Source: an uncultured Gammaproteobacteria bacterium (lineage in GTDB: Bacteria > Patescibacteriota > Microgenomatia > 2-02-FULL-39-11). From it: DNA of 64,000 nucleotides. Below the pieces are notes generated by a model. The model ran no database searches, was not told the origin of the DNA, and was given only the letters and a program-made list of their open reading frames with translations. The stretch's first letter is position 1. Every line of letters starts with the position of its first letter. Position numbers and translations under genes: made by a program. This document shows, in pieces, positions 48,101 through 58,011 of this stretch. The stretch lies in the NCBI GenBank assembly GCA_964520615.1, contig CAZFNL010000137.1, positions 7,140 to 71,139 of the forward strand. The letters are read 5' to 3'.

Positions 48101-49516
48101 TCATTTTTTATCATACACGTATATAAAACCCACTCCCGGAAAATCCTTTGTAGATGTCAGACTATATCCCTCTTTGGATAAGTCTTTTCCTGTCTTATTT
48201 TCATTGTCAGTCAGACCAGTCAAGTACTGAAATAAAAATATTCTGTTTTTACCGGTTATCTGATTATTCATCTTGGCAATGTCTGAATCACGGATTATAA
48301 ATTTTGGAGCTATACCTACCCCCTCCACGTTACCCTTCTGATACCAAAGAAATGGAGCAAATGGAGTTGGGAAGACAAAAAGAGCTACACTGTCTTTAGT
48401 AGCATTCTTTTCCGCATAGGAGACAGCCTGCCTCCATTCTTCCCGTTGGGTATAGGGATCAGTATAATACTGGTAGATTCCGCCAAAACTTGTCGAAAGC
48501 ACAATCAAGAAGAAAATCGCCATGGAAAATTTTGGCAGACTGAGCACTCCTTCCGCAATAATAAGAAGAAAAAACGGGAGAAGATATATCAGCCTCTGTG
48601 GCGCGGCAACAGGTATAAAAATCGATATTACCAAAGCTGGAAGAAAAGAAAATGAAAACAAGGTCAATAAAATTCTGCCTGTTTCCTTTTGGGACAAGCA
48701 ATAAACGGAAATAAGAAATACGATTATTTCAGGAAATATAATAAAACCGTATAGAACTTTATCGGCTACTGTCCCGTGCCCTAAGGCAAATTTCGCCAAA
48801 GTCAAAGGTAGAAGCTTTAACCATGGTACTGAAACCACACTGGTCCATCCGGCAAATCCACCTCCTGTACCCAAGTGAATTTGGTTTATAAAATACGGTA
48901 ACCAGGGTAAAAAGGTAAAAGAAGCAATAATAAATGATTTTATTAGTCGCATGAGAGATTTCCGTCTAAAAATTAAAACATAGATAAAATGCCCAAAAAG
49001 AAGAAAAGGGGCAAAATAAAGACTATAAAGAAGTAGAATTATCTCCAGGGTGTATATCATCCATTTCTCTATAAGAAGGAAATAGGTAGAAACAAGTGAC
49101 AGAAGAACAAAAAGCATATATGGTCTTGCTTCCTGTGAATACCATAAATGGAATGGAGATATTGCCAGAAACAAAGCAGCCAAAACTGCAGTTTTTTTAT
49201 CAAAAATAATTTCTGCTATTCTGTAAAGGAAAAAAATGCTTAAAACGCCAAAAATAACTGATGGCAGGCGGAGCCATATTTCCGATTTTCCGAAAATCAT
49301 CCAAAAATGGAGTATCAAATGATAAAGTGGAGGATGAAAATCGGAAATTATATTAAGCTGTTCTCTCAAAGGTCTAGCTGATTCAATCGCCTGCGCAGCT
49401 TCATCCAACCAAAAGGACTGGTTCAAATTGGCCAGACGCAAAACAAGAGCAAGAAAAAGTATAGCAGGAAGGTTAAATATCTTATTTAATCGTGTTAATA
49501 GAGGTTTAGATTTCAT
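48101..49516 (-). CDS. GT-C fold glycosyltransferase, ArnT/PMT_2 (GT39/GT83-like) family.
   Basis: LRLANLNQSFWLDEAAQA ... DFHPPLYH ... LRLPSVIFGVLSIFFLYRIA N-terminal signature with ~11 TM segments. Confidence 0.7.
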   Translation of the reverse strand: MKSKPLLTRLNKIFNLPAILFLALVLRLANLNQSFWLDEAAQAIESARPLREQLNIISDFHPPLYHLILHFWMIFGKSEIWLRLPSVIFGVLSIFFLYRIAEIIFDKKTAVLAALFLAISPFHLWYSQEARPYMLFVLLSLVSTYFLLIEKWMIYTLEIILLLYSLYFAPFLLFGHFIYVLIFRRKSLMRLIKSFIIASFTFLPWLPYFINQIHLGTGGGFAGWTSVVSVPWLKLLPLTLAKFALGHGTVADKVLYGFIIFPEIIVFLISVYCLSQKETGRILLTLFSFSFLPALVISIFIPVAAPQRLIYLLPFFLLIIAEGVLSLPKFSMAIFFLIVLSTSFGGIYQYYTDPYTQREEWRQAVSYAEKNATKDSVALFVFPTPFAPFLWYQKGNVEGVGIAPKFIIRDSDIAKMNNQITGKNRIFLFQYLTGLTDNENKTGKDLSKEGYSLTSTKDFPGVGFIYVYDKK

Positions 49517-50373
49517 TTATATTTTGCTTCACCCGCAAATGATCTGCAAATGCTGACGTAAATTCCGCAATAATACACCAGCGCAAAAATCAGAAACCGT
49601 AATTCACGGTATATTAATATGATAAAAATCCCCCTAATTGATTGGATAATAAAGTTAAAACGTAAAAGGCTTACTATCCGTCGCAGAATATTTCCTGAAA
49701 TAAATTCATTTTTACCTATCCATCTTGCCTGTATATAGACCTCATTAAGTGTTGACGGATTTTTATGATAGCAAACGGCATTTTCTGCTATTCCCGCTTT
49801 ATACCCGAGTTTCCTTGACAGAGTCCAGTCGTCTGTAAAACCGATATTGTCAAACCCACCGGCCCTTTCAAATTCAGACTTTTTCAGAGCTCTGAATACT
49901 GGAGAATTATCGGGATAATCTGAAGGAATTCTCCTACTGTCTCCTATTCCCTGGTTATAATTCCAACATCTTGCCCAGACGTTATCCCAATTTGAAACAT
50001 ACTCCTCTTTGGTAAATGTACCTTTTAATTTTCCCTCATAAATCGGTTTCACAAGATTCTCTATAAATTTTCCGTCGAAGGTCATATCAGCATCAATAAA
50101 AACCAACACTTCACCTGACGCCGCTTTTGCTCCCAAATTGCGAGCTTTGGCCGGACCTTGATGAGTCTGGGAAATGAAGATTATATTTTTAAGTCTGTTT
50201 CCCAGTTTTTGCATCATTTCTTTAGCTTTTTCTAAAGAATTATCATCTGATCCATCATCAACAAGAATCAACTCAATTCTTTTAGAAATGGATTGTTCTG
50301 AGATTGAAAACAAACAATCCGATAAGACACTGCGTTCGTTATAGAAGACTATCACTACAGATATCATTTCCAT
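49513..50373 (-). CDS. Glycosyltransferase family 2 (GT-A).
   Basis: ISVVIVFYNERSVLSDCL ... ELILVDDGSDDNS ... IDADM. Confidence 0.75.
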   Translation of the reverse strand: MEMISVVIVFYNERSVLSDCLFSISEQSISKRIELILVDDGSDDNSLEKAKEMMQKLGNRLKNIIFISQTHQGPAKARNLGAKAASGEVLVFIDADMTFDGKFIENLVKPIYEGKLKGTFTKEEYVSNWDNVWARCWNYNQGIGDSRRIPSDYPDNSPVFRALKKSEFERAGGFDNIGFTDDWTLSRKLGYKAGIAENAVCYHKNPSTLNEVYIQARWIGKNEFISGNILRRIVSLLRFNFIIQSIRGIFIILIYRELRFLIFALVYYCGIYVSICRSFAGEAKYK

Positions 50374-50382
50374 AATTTACAA

Positions 50383-51489
50383 CTAATGAGTAACTTCCTC
50401 AAAAATCTTCAGATATTTCTCAGCTATCTTGTCCCAAGAATATTCTAAAGCCTTCTCTCTTGGTTTATTGCCAAACCGCATGTTTACAGCCTGTTCAAGA
50501 GTCTTTGCATAAGCGAAGCTATCTTCTGGATCACATTGCAATCCAGCATTCCCAATTATCGCCCTTCTATTTATATCATCAGGTCCCACGACCGGCACGT
50601 TGCATGCCATGGCTTCAATATAAACCATTCCGAACGCCTCTGTTGGTCTACTGGCCAAAGTAAACACGTCAGCCGCACGAAAGTAACCTGGCATTTTTTC
50701 ATGGCTTGCTTTTTGAATATGAACAAACCGTTTTCCAAGCACAGTTTGTCCCATCCCGTCGATTTCTCGTAAAAGAGGTCCTTCTCCTATAAGTAAAAGG
50801 CTGCCGTGTTTCATTTCTGCTACAGCCTTAATTACCAAATCCACCTTTTTATATGGTAAGAGCGCGCTTACACACAAAATAACCGGTTTTGGCAAATTTA
50901 TTCCTTCGGGCTTTATCATAGGATTAAACCTATCCGTATCTACACCATTAGGAATAAATTCCATCTTCTTTCTGTCATAAAATGACTGAGCCCAAATAAG
51001 AGTATTGGGAGAAAGTGCAATAAATTTATCAGGTCTGCCAAAAATAAGATTGAATTTGTCATCAGCACCTATTCCGGCATGTCCGCTTATAAGTAATTTA
51101 TATCCTTTAATTAAACGTAATGCTCTACATATTAATACTTGCCATCCTCCGTTTACAGGAATTACCCAATCATAATTTCCCCCTAAAATTAGAGGTATGC
51201 ATTTTATCGTAAAAAGAAGAACAGACAGATGGTAAAATTGATAATAAAGAAATGATTTAATACTGCCAGAAGTAGGTGCATCTTTTCCTTGAGGAATAAT
51301 TTTGGGAACACCGTCAATTTTGATTATTTTATAATCTGCCTCAATTTTTCCAACTCCCGTCTGCACCACATGTACCTCATATTTTTGGGCTAAACGCTTG
51401 GATAATTCCGCAACGAATACTTCTGAACCTCTTTCCACTTCCCCGTTAAATATGTTCAAAAAAACTATCTTCATGCGTTGATACTCCAT
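50383..51489 (-). CDS. Glycosyltransferase family 4 (GT-B).
   Basis: PTEAFGMVYIEAMACNVPVV motif. Confidence 0.8.
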   Translation of the reverse strand: MEYQRMKIVFLNIFNGEVERGSEVFVAELSKRLAQKYEVHVVQTGVGKIEADYKIIKIDGVPKIIPQGKDAPTSGSIKSFLYYQFYHLSVLLFTIKCIPLILGGNYDWVIPVNGGWQVLICRALRLIKGYKLLISGHAGIGADDKFNLIFGRPDKFIALSPNTLIWAQSFYDRKKMEFIPNGVDTDRFNPMIKPEGINLPKPVILCVSALLPYKKVDLVIKAVAEMKHGSLLLIGEGPLLREIDGMGQTVLGKRFVHIQKASHEKMPGYFRAADVFTLASRPTEAFGMVYIEAMACNVPVVGPDDINRRAIIGNAGLQCDPEDSFAYAKTLEQAVNMRFGNKPREKALEYSWDKIAEKYLKIFEEVTH

Positions 51490-52301
51490 AACTTTCTCTT
51501 GACCTTCTTTAGGGGTGTCACAAATCCTGCCTGAATTTCAAAATCTATAGCTCTTTTTCCTAAAACATCGGGCACGATTTGAGGATGGTCTTGAAAAAAG
51601 ACATCGGGAATGCTTTCTTTACTTGGAATTTTATTACCCGTTTCTATTTTATATTTACGCCGGTGAAATGTTTCTTTCAGGTTCTTTCCCAAAGAAGATC
51701 TAGAAAGATACATCGCATGAAAAAGATGTTTTCTGGTAAACATGTACTTTGTTTCTTCATGATGGGTTAATTCTACGCCGAAATTATCGTAATAACCCTC
51801 ATATGGATAAGTACCCTCTATATGTAATCCATCTATATTTCTTCTATTTATTAGACGCAAGGCAAAATGACCTCGTCTGCCAAAAAGATTATATTGTCCC
51901 GCCGATTCATCCTGAAAATGATAGATATCTCCCAAAAGGTCATATCGACCCACCGCAATCCCTTCTAATTTCGAGCCATAACTCTCAATAATTTCTATTA
52001 TCTCCTGACAGAGTTCATCCGTATAAATCTCATCACCATCCACCACCCAAATCCATTCTGTTTTGGTTTTCTCAATCTGTTCCTGTCTTATCTTCCCTAT
52101 ATATTTAGGATCATTTACAACTTTTGATTCAAACTTTATCCTCTTATCCCTGAAAGAATTTATGATATCTATTGTCTTATCCTGGGAACCGGTATCACAG
52201 ATTAATATTCTTTCTGCAAGATGAAGTACTGAAGAAAGTGCATACCAGATAAACCTGTCTTCATTTTTCACCACCATATGAATAGTAATATCCGGATTCA
52301 T
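51471..52301 (-). CDS. Glycosyltransferase family 2 (GT-A).
   Basis: ITIHMVVKNEDRFIWYALSSV ... ICDTGSQDKT ... VVDGDE. Confidence 0.7.
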   Translation of the reverse strand: MNPDITIHMVVKNEDRFIWYALSSVLHLAERILICDTGSQDKTIDIINSFRDKRIKFESKVVNDPKYIGKIRQEQIEKTKTEWIWVVDGDEIYTDELCQEIIEIIESYGSKLEGIAVGRYDLLGDIYHFQDESAGQYNLFGRRGHFALRLINRRNIDGLHIEGTYPYEGYYDNFGVELTHHEETKYMFTRKHLFHAMYLSRSSLGKNLKETFHRRKYKIETGNKIPSKESIPDVFFQDHPQIVPDVLGKRAIDFEIQAGFVTPLKKVKRKLWSINA

Positions 52302-53608
52302 AGGGAGTTTTTTTTGTTTCCAATTTTTCGGTAGTAATAAAAACTCATTATCGAAGTGAGAAAAAGTGTTATACCAAAAGCTAAAATAAGCGATATGGCC
52401 GGGCCCAACTTTCCGTATCTCGGGATAAACACTAGATTACCCGCAATTACAATAAAAAGCTGCAGGACGCTATTTGCGGTGATGATAAAAGGCTTACGCA
52501 AATAATAAATAGCCAAAGCTACTGAAGGGATTGATCCTACAAAAAACATCATAGCCACAAGTAAAAGCTGTAATACAGTTACGGCCGGCCCTCCCTTATC
52601 CGCGCCAAACAGAGTCACCATAAAAGGTTTGGCAACAATAATAAGGAGAATATTCGTACTCATAATTGCCAGTGTTGCCAATATCACCTTATATATATAT
52701 TTATTTATTGATTTACGATCAGTTGCAGACGAAAGACGAGGAGCAATCACGGTTGAAAAACTGCCCGTTAAAAGAGGGTAGACTGATATTATTCTTGAAG
52801 CCGTGGAATAAATCCCGGCCTGAACCGGACTGGTCATGGCTATAAGCATCAAAACGTCAAGCCGGCTGGCGATTGCAGTCAGGCCGCGCGCAATACCTAT
52901 AAAATAAGAGAATGACACAAATTTCCGCAATTCACCCGGAATTTTCTTAAATTTTAGAAATTCGACATCCACAAAAATAAAAGCTATGATAGCCGTTACC
53001 AAGAGATAAAAAACGTGAATCCATAAGACATTCTGCAGAAATACCATAGAGAAAAGTATCAGACTTACTAGTAACACCACTCTCATAAGACTACTAAAAG
53101 CTGAAAGGAAAGCCACCTGAAGAAACTTTTGTCTAGCTGAGAGTACATAAGTAAAAAATGTACCCATAATATTGAAAAATATCGCCAGAGTCGTAATTTT
53201 CACCAGCAGATCAAGCTTCACACTGTGGAAAAGGATATTGGCAATCGCATAAGAAAAAATAAATAATACCGCCGTGACTACCAAAGCAATAACAGTCTGC
53301 AATATGAAAGCCACTTTAAGAACGCTAAAAAAGCGCTTTTTATCATCTTCTAAAGGTGGCAGGAATGCCGATAAGGTACTGCCGATTCCGGTATCTGAGA
53401 CATCCGTTACCAGCATCATAAAGGAAAGTAGAGCTGAAAAGTAGCCGAAATCCGCCAGACTGACATTCCTGACAAGGGTAACAGTAAAAACAAAGGCCAG
53501 AAATGCCGACAAACCGTTGCCTACAAAAATCATATAAGTATTCATTGCCGTTTTGGACAGAAAAAGAGGAGTCAAGCGTTCTGTGATTATCTTATTAAAA
53601 CTTTTCAT
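52298..53608 (-). CDS. wzx: Polysaccharide biosynthesis protein / oligosaccharide flippase (Wzx, MOP superfamily).
   Basis: 436 aa, ~12 TM segments, typical Wzx/RfbX N-terminal region. Confidence 0.7.
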   Translation of the reverse strand: MKSFNKIITERLTPLFLSKTAMNTYMIFVGNGLSAFLAFVFTVTLVRNVSLADFGYFSALLSFMMLVTDVSDTGIGSTLSAFLPPLEDDKKRFFSVLKVAFILQTVIALVVTAVLFIFSYAIANILFHSVKLDLLVKITTLAIFFNIMGTFFTYVLSARQKFLQVAFLSAFSSLMRVVLLVSLILFSMVFLQNVLWIHVFYLLVTAIIAFIFVDVEFLKFKKIPGELRKFVSFSYFIGIARGLTAIASRLDVLMLIAMTSPVQAGIYSTASRIISVYPLLTGSFSTVIAPRLSSATDRKSINKYIYKVILATLAIMSTNILLIIVAKPFMVTLFGADKGGPAVTVLQLLLVAMMFFVGSIPSVALAIYYLRKPFIITANSVLQLFIVIAGNLVFIPRYGKLGPAISLILAFGITLFLTSIMSFYYYRKIGNKKNSL

Positions 53609-54834
53609 TGATATTTTTGAAAAACTTTAGCAACTCTGGTGATATCGTCTTCTGACAACGAAGTGCCTGATGGCAGATTGACGCCGTGTGCCGAGAGATA
53701 GATACTTTGAGCAAAATCTCCGAATTGTTTGTAGGGGGGAAGCGTTGAGACTGGATAAAAAAATGGTCTTGTTTCTATATTCTCTTTTTGCAATATATCC
53801 ATCATTTCGTCTCTTGTTTTCTGGTACGGTCTATCGATTAAAACGGAATACATCCAGTAAACGCCTTTCGACCAAGACAGTTTAGGCGCAAGAAATATGC
53901 CTTTTATCCCCTTCAAATATTTCTCATAACAACGAGCAATTTCTCTTTTTTTAGCAATCAGCTTTTCTATCCTTTCAAACTGAGCCATTCCGATTGCCGC
54001 CTGCATATTTGTCATCCGGTAATTAAAACCAATAACGTCATAATAATATCTTTTATCTGGATTTTGTCCGTGATCACGCAGGATTCTCATTTTTTGAGCC
54101 AGTTTTTCATCATCTGTTACCACCATTCCACCCTCTCCTGTAGTTATAATTTTATTTCCGTAAAAGCTGAAACAGCCAACTTTGCCCAGACTTCCAACTT
54201 TTCTCCATTCATAATCCTTAATTCTTAATTCTTGATTCTTGATTCTTAATTTCCCGCCATCAGGCGATATTCTACTGTGTCTGGACATACTTCTTGATTC
54301 ATTATTCATAATTCCTAATTCATGTTTCTTGACTCTCACTTCCGCTCCATGAGCCTCAGCCGCATCTTCGATAATGACTAAATTATTATTTTTGGCAATA
54401 TCAAGCAACCTCCCCATATCGGCCGGCTGGCCGTAAAGATGAACCGGCATTACCACTTTCGTTCTCTTTGTTATGGCTTTCTCTACAGCTGTCGGATTCA
54501 TTCCCCAAGTTTCTCTATCAACATCCACAAAAACCGGTTTTGCTCCGGTATAACGCACCACGTTTGCCGAAGCAACAAATGTCAAATTGGGAACAATGAC
54601 TTCGTCACCCGGTCCTAATCCCAACGCTGAGATGGCCAAATGCAATGCAGTAGTACCGTTTGATGTCGCCACTCCAAATCTAACCCCTATATATTTGGCA
54701 AAATTATATTCAAACTTTTTGATATATTCACCTTTTGAAGAGATCCACGACGAATCAAAACAGTCCAATAAATATTTCCTTTCATTGCCGCCTGTCAAAT
54801 CAGGATAGGAAACAGGAATAAATGGTTTGTTCAT
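53605..54834 (-). CDS. DegT/DnrJ/EryC1/StrS-family sugar aminotransferase carrying a ~45-aa in-frame low-complexity insertion before the catalytic-lysine region.
   Basis: GDEVIVPNLTFVASAN, IEDAAEAHGAE and CFSFYGNKIITTGEGG. The insertion VRVKKHELGIMNNESRSMSRHSRISPDGGKLRIKNQELRIKDYEW is encoded by degenerate heptanucleotide repeats. Confidence 0.8.
   Translation of the reverse strand: MNKPFIPVSYPDLTGGNERKYLLDCFDSSWISSKGEYIKKFEYNFAKYIGVRFGVATSNGTTALHLAISALGLGPGDEVIVPNLTFVASANVVRYTGAKPVFVDVDRETWGMNPTAVEKAITKRTKVVMPVHLYGQPADMGRLLDIAKNNNLVIIEDAAEAHGAEVRVKKHELGIMNNESRSMSRHSRISPDGGKLRIKNQELRIKDYEWRKVGSLGKVGCFSFYGNKIITTGEGGMVVTDDEKLAQKMRILRDHGQNPDKRYYYDVIGFNYRMTNMQAAIGMAQFERIEKLIAKKREIARCYEKYLKGIKGIFLAPKLSWSKGVYWMYSVLIDRPYQKTRDEMMDILQKENIETRPFFYPVSTLPPYKQFGDFAQSIYLSAHGVNLPSGTSLSEDDITRVAKVFQKYQ
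54213..54325. repeat. Two blocks of degenerate heptanucleotide tandem repeats (RATTCTT x6 at 54213-54254, TTCWTNA x5 at 54291-54325) inside the DegT gene.
   Basis: Read directly: aatcctt aattctt aattctt gattctt gattctt aatttcc, then ttcttga ttcatta ttcataa ttcctaa ttcatgt. Confidence 0.65.
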
Positions 54835-56417
54835 TATTTAGTTCCAAGAACGTAAATTTGCATTGTGCCAAAATTATTTTGAGCTATGATTCTATTCTCC
54901 AAAAGATAACTCAACTTTATATTTTCCCATTTAGAGAGTGTTTTCGCATCTTCCCGTGGATCTATGAGCGACAAAAGCACAGTCAAATTTGTGTTTTTAA
55001 TTCTTCCGGTTGGATAAAGCCAGCCAAAATAACTGTCCATATAGGAACTCACGGGTACACCTGCAAAATGGCCAAAAAGATATCTGTATCCACCAAATCT
55101 CGGACATTCTCCTACCGCTTCAAGAGAATAATTTCCTGCTGTCACATATTTTTTGGCAAAATTTACCGCCCCCATCTTCTCCTCATAAGGGAAACTGAAA
55201 CTAGCCGTAAAAAGTGATACCAGATTAAAAACGGCAAAAATCAGTGAAATCGATATAACCGAAATCCTGCCGTATTGATTTTGAGCTATATGATCAAGGA
55301 TTCTACCCAAAAGTATGGCCAGCCAGGGAAAAACAAATAAAAAGTAATATTCAAAAACTCCCCTGGTATAAAATACTGTAAACAGCAATGACAGGAAAAA
55401 AATAAAAACTATTACTCTGGAACCGGCAGAAAGTTCTACGGGTGGTTCCTTTCTTTTCCTTTTTAACACTTTCTCTACAAAAACATCGGCCCGGTATAAA
55501 TAAACAGTCAGAATCAGAAATAGAACTATAAAACCCAAAAGTATATCATCTTTTTTGTAACCTATGAGGCTAACGCATTGACCCGATTGCAAAGACAAAT
55601 CAGCAGCAAAGGGCAAAAGAACAAACCTGCCGACTGAGGATAAAAATATATTATTTCTTTGCAAAAATGTCTGTGTATTATTGGATTTTGCCGAAATGAC
55701 GGAGAATGCCGCCCTGGTATTGATAAAATTATGCCGAACTTCAAAAAATATTTGGGGCAATTGCAGGAGTATAAAAATCACAAGTGACCAAACAATAAGC
55801 CGCCTTCCCAATAATTTCCTTTTCTTAAATATGACGTAGACGACAAGAGGAAAAAATATAAGAAGAGAGAGATGTATATGAAATGATAAGCCTAGAAGTA
55901 CAGCCAGCCAAATAACAGATTTCTTGCTACTTTGCAAAAGACGAAAAGAAAAGAATCCGATAAGCAAAGAGAAAAGAGGCACAAACATGGGATTCCAGAA
56001 TTGTCTGTCATAAAATGCGGCTAGCATGGAACTCCCGTAAATAAATGACGCAAAAAGTCCGGTTTTCCCGTCATACATTCTTTTCCCCACAATGTAAATA
56101 GTAATTGTAGTTAAAATCCCCAATAACGACGCTGTTATACTCCAACCCAATGGATTGCCTCCTGACAGGAAAAAAGGTATGGCGGCAAAGTAGATAAAAA
56201 ATGGCCCAAGGTAAAGGCCGGTATCTGAGGCATTCACGCCAATCAGTGGAAAATGGTGACCGGTGACAATATTTTGGGATAGAAATGCTTCATATGCTTG
56301 ATCCATCCCGAAAAACTGCCATTGGTATAGATGATAAAATCTGAAAAATATTGCTATGATTAACGCAATTCCTAGCAATATATATTCCTTGTGGGATTTA
56401 TGCGGCTTTTTTATCAT
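54834..56417 (-). CDS. GT-C fold glycosyltransferase, ArnT/PMT_2-like.
   Basis: FFRFYHLYQWQFFGMDQAYEAF ... N-terminal loop motif with ~12 TM segments. Confidence 0.6.
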   Translation of the reverse strand: MIKKPHKSHKEYILLGIALIIAIFFRFYHLYQWQFFGMDQAYEAFLSQNIVTGHHFPLIGVNASDTGLYLGPFFIYFAAIPFFLSGGNPLGWSITASLLGILTTITIYIVGKRMYDGKTGLFASFIYGSSMLAAFYDRQFWNPMFVPLFSLLIGFFSFRLLQSSKKSVIWLAVLLGLSFHIHLSLLIFFPLVVYVIFKKRKLLGRRLIVWSLVIFILLQLPQIFFEVRHNFINTRAAFSVISAKSNNTQTFLQRNNIFLSSVGRFVLLPFAADLSLQSGQCVSLIGYKKDDILLGFIVLFLILTVYLYRADVFVEKVLKRKRKEPPVELSAGSRVIVFIFFLSLLFTVFYTRGVFEYYFLFVFPWLAILLGRILDHIAQNQYGRISVISISLIFAVFNLVSLFTASFSFPYEEKMGAVNFAKKYVTAGNYSLEAVGECPRFGGYRYLFGHFAGVPVSSYMDSYFGWLYPTGRIKNTNLTVLLSLIDPREDAKTLSKWENIKLSYLLENRIIAQNNFGTMQIYVLGTK

Positions 56418-58011
56418 TCGAATAACTGTTATATTTTATCAGAAATAATCCCATACAGATAATATATAACCCAAACAAGAAAACAACCCCATTTCCCTTC
56501 AACAGTGCCGGCTTATATTGACTGACCTGAAGAAGAAAAGTTGTAAAATTTGCAAAACTATAGTAGGTTTTCGCCACGGTGTATAAAGCAAATAAGTCAA
56601 GAAGTAGCATCAAATTTACCGCGAGCTTAACCATTTTATTCTGCAAGCTGGTTTTGGATGGAATTAAAGATTTTATTCCAATAAGGATAAATAACATATC
56701 AGAAGATATCAGAGGAAAAAAGTATCTTCCTTGAACACCAAGTTGAAATCCAGAGGTATACCAGGACATCCAATCGTAAGACGAAACTCCCATAAAGAAA
56801 ATAATATTGATAAAAATAAGGAAAAAGATAGCCTGTACTCTTCTTTCCAACCATCCTTTCCCGCGAAAAATAGTAACAAGATAAATCCCAAATCCCAGAA
56901 TTGAAATTGCCGTTAAGATATTTATTATTCTATGAACCACCCTCGGATAAGTGACGCCAAGCCAGTCATAAACTCCCCAATACCAGGGTAAAACCTCTTT
57001 ATAGGTATGAGAAACTGTATATTCGCGGAAAAATTTAACATAACTTGCAGGATTTAACTTCTGTAAAAAAACCAATATTTGTGCCGATATTGAGCTTTTC
57101 ATGTATAAAAATGAAACAATCAGCGCAGCCACCAGTAGAAGAAATGGTCGAACAAAAGACTGATGCCATACCTTTTTCATATCCCTGGCAAAAGCTTCTG
57201 CCAATAAAACAATAACGGCAGGAATCATCACAATAAACTGCGGCTTGGTATATAAGGAAAGAAATACGACTGTCAGAAGAATAATAAGTTTCCTGACGGT
57301 CAATCCATTTATAATAGTCTCGGAAACAAGAAGGATAAAAAAAGTGAAAAGAAAATTACCCAAAGAATCACTGTTAACACCGACATTTGAGAAAACCATC
57401 ATCGGTTGAAATGCGACCAGCGCCGCCAAAGTTATAGCGCTTAATCTATCCTTTGGAAAAAAAAGGGCACCAATCCTATATGTCAGATAAACCGTACTTG
57501 CGAAAATCAAAATTGACCACAGACGTACAGCATAAACCCTGACAAACAAACTATATCCCTGGAAAATTTTATAAACCAAACTTGCAGGAAAGTAATAAAG
57601 TATGGGATAAATGGTAGACTCACGGTGGACAAATGTTGATTGTGCTGAAGTTTTTGCTAAAGATGCTATACTAGCTTCATATTTTCCCTCCAGAGAATTT
57701 GTGAATTCAATTTTGTAATCAGGATGAAAAGTAAAAAGGTTATTTCCTGATTTATCTCTTGCTGTTCCCAAAAGTTTTTCTGATATATTAATTTCCTTAT
57801 TAAGGTTATATTTTTCTGTATAGTTAGGATTTCTTCCTTTTTGCGCAACAAATGCCACCTGCCCAAAATGAGCTTGTTCGTCCGGGAACTGCCAGAGGGG
57901 AACAATTATAATCCAAATTAAGGCATTAAATAATACTGCTGCGAAAAAAACCAGGTTATGTTTGGAATTAATCAAGTTTAACTTTTTGGAAATCTTATTA
58001 AATAATTTCAT
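56398..58011 (-). CDS. Polytopic membrane protein, GT-C-like (DUF2142-like PDEQxH loop motif). Putative glycosyltransferase.
   Basis: VPLWQFPDEQAHFGQVAF in the first extracytoplasmic loop, ~12 TM segments. Overlaps both flanking GT-C genes. Confidence 0.45.
   Translation of the reverse strand: MKLFNKISKKLNLINSKHNLVFFAAVLFNALIWIIIVPLWQFPDEQAHFGQVAFVAQKGRNPNYTEKYNLNKEINISEKLLGTARDKSGNNLFTFHPDYKIEFTNSLEGKYEASIASLAKTSAQSTFVHRESTIYPILYYFPASLVYKIFQGYSLFVRVYAVRLWSILIFASTVYLTYRIGALFFPKDRLSAITLAALVAFQPMMVFSNVGVNSDSLGNFLFTFFILLVSETIINGLTVRKLIILLTVVFLSLYTKPQFIVMIPAVIVLLAEAFARDMKKVWHQSFVRPFLLLVAALIVSFLYMKSSISAQILVFLQKLNPASYVKFFREYTVSHTYKEVLPWYWGVYDWLGVTYPRVVHRIINILTAISILGFGIYLVTIFRGKGWLERRVQAIFFLIFINIIFFMGVSSYDWMSWYTSGFQLGVQGRYFFPLISSDMLFILIGIKSLIPSKTSLQNKMVKLAVNLMLLLDLFALYTVAKTYYSFANFTTFLLQVSQYKPALLKGNGVVFLFGLYIICMGLFLIKYNSYSNDKKAA

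Noticed and set aside
54213-54325. Heptad-repeat insertion in DegT considered as an intein or mobile-element insertion.
   Set aside because: No intein splicing motifs or terminal repeats are present. The sequence is simple degenerate tandem repeats, so it is treated as a microsatellite-type expansion.
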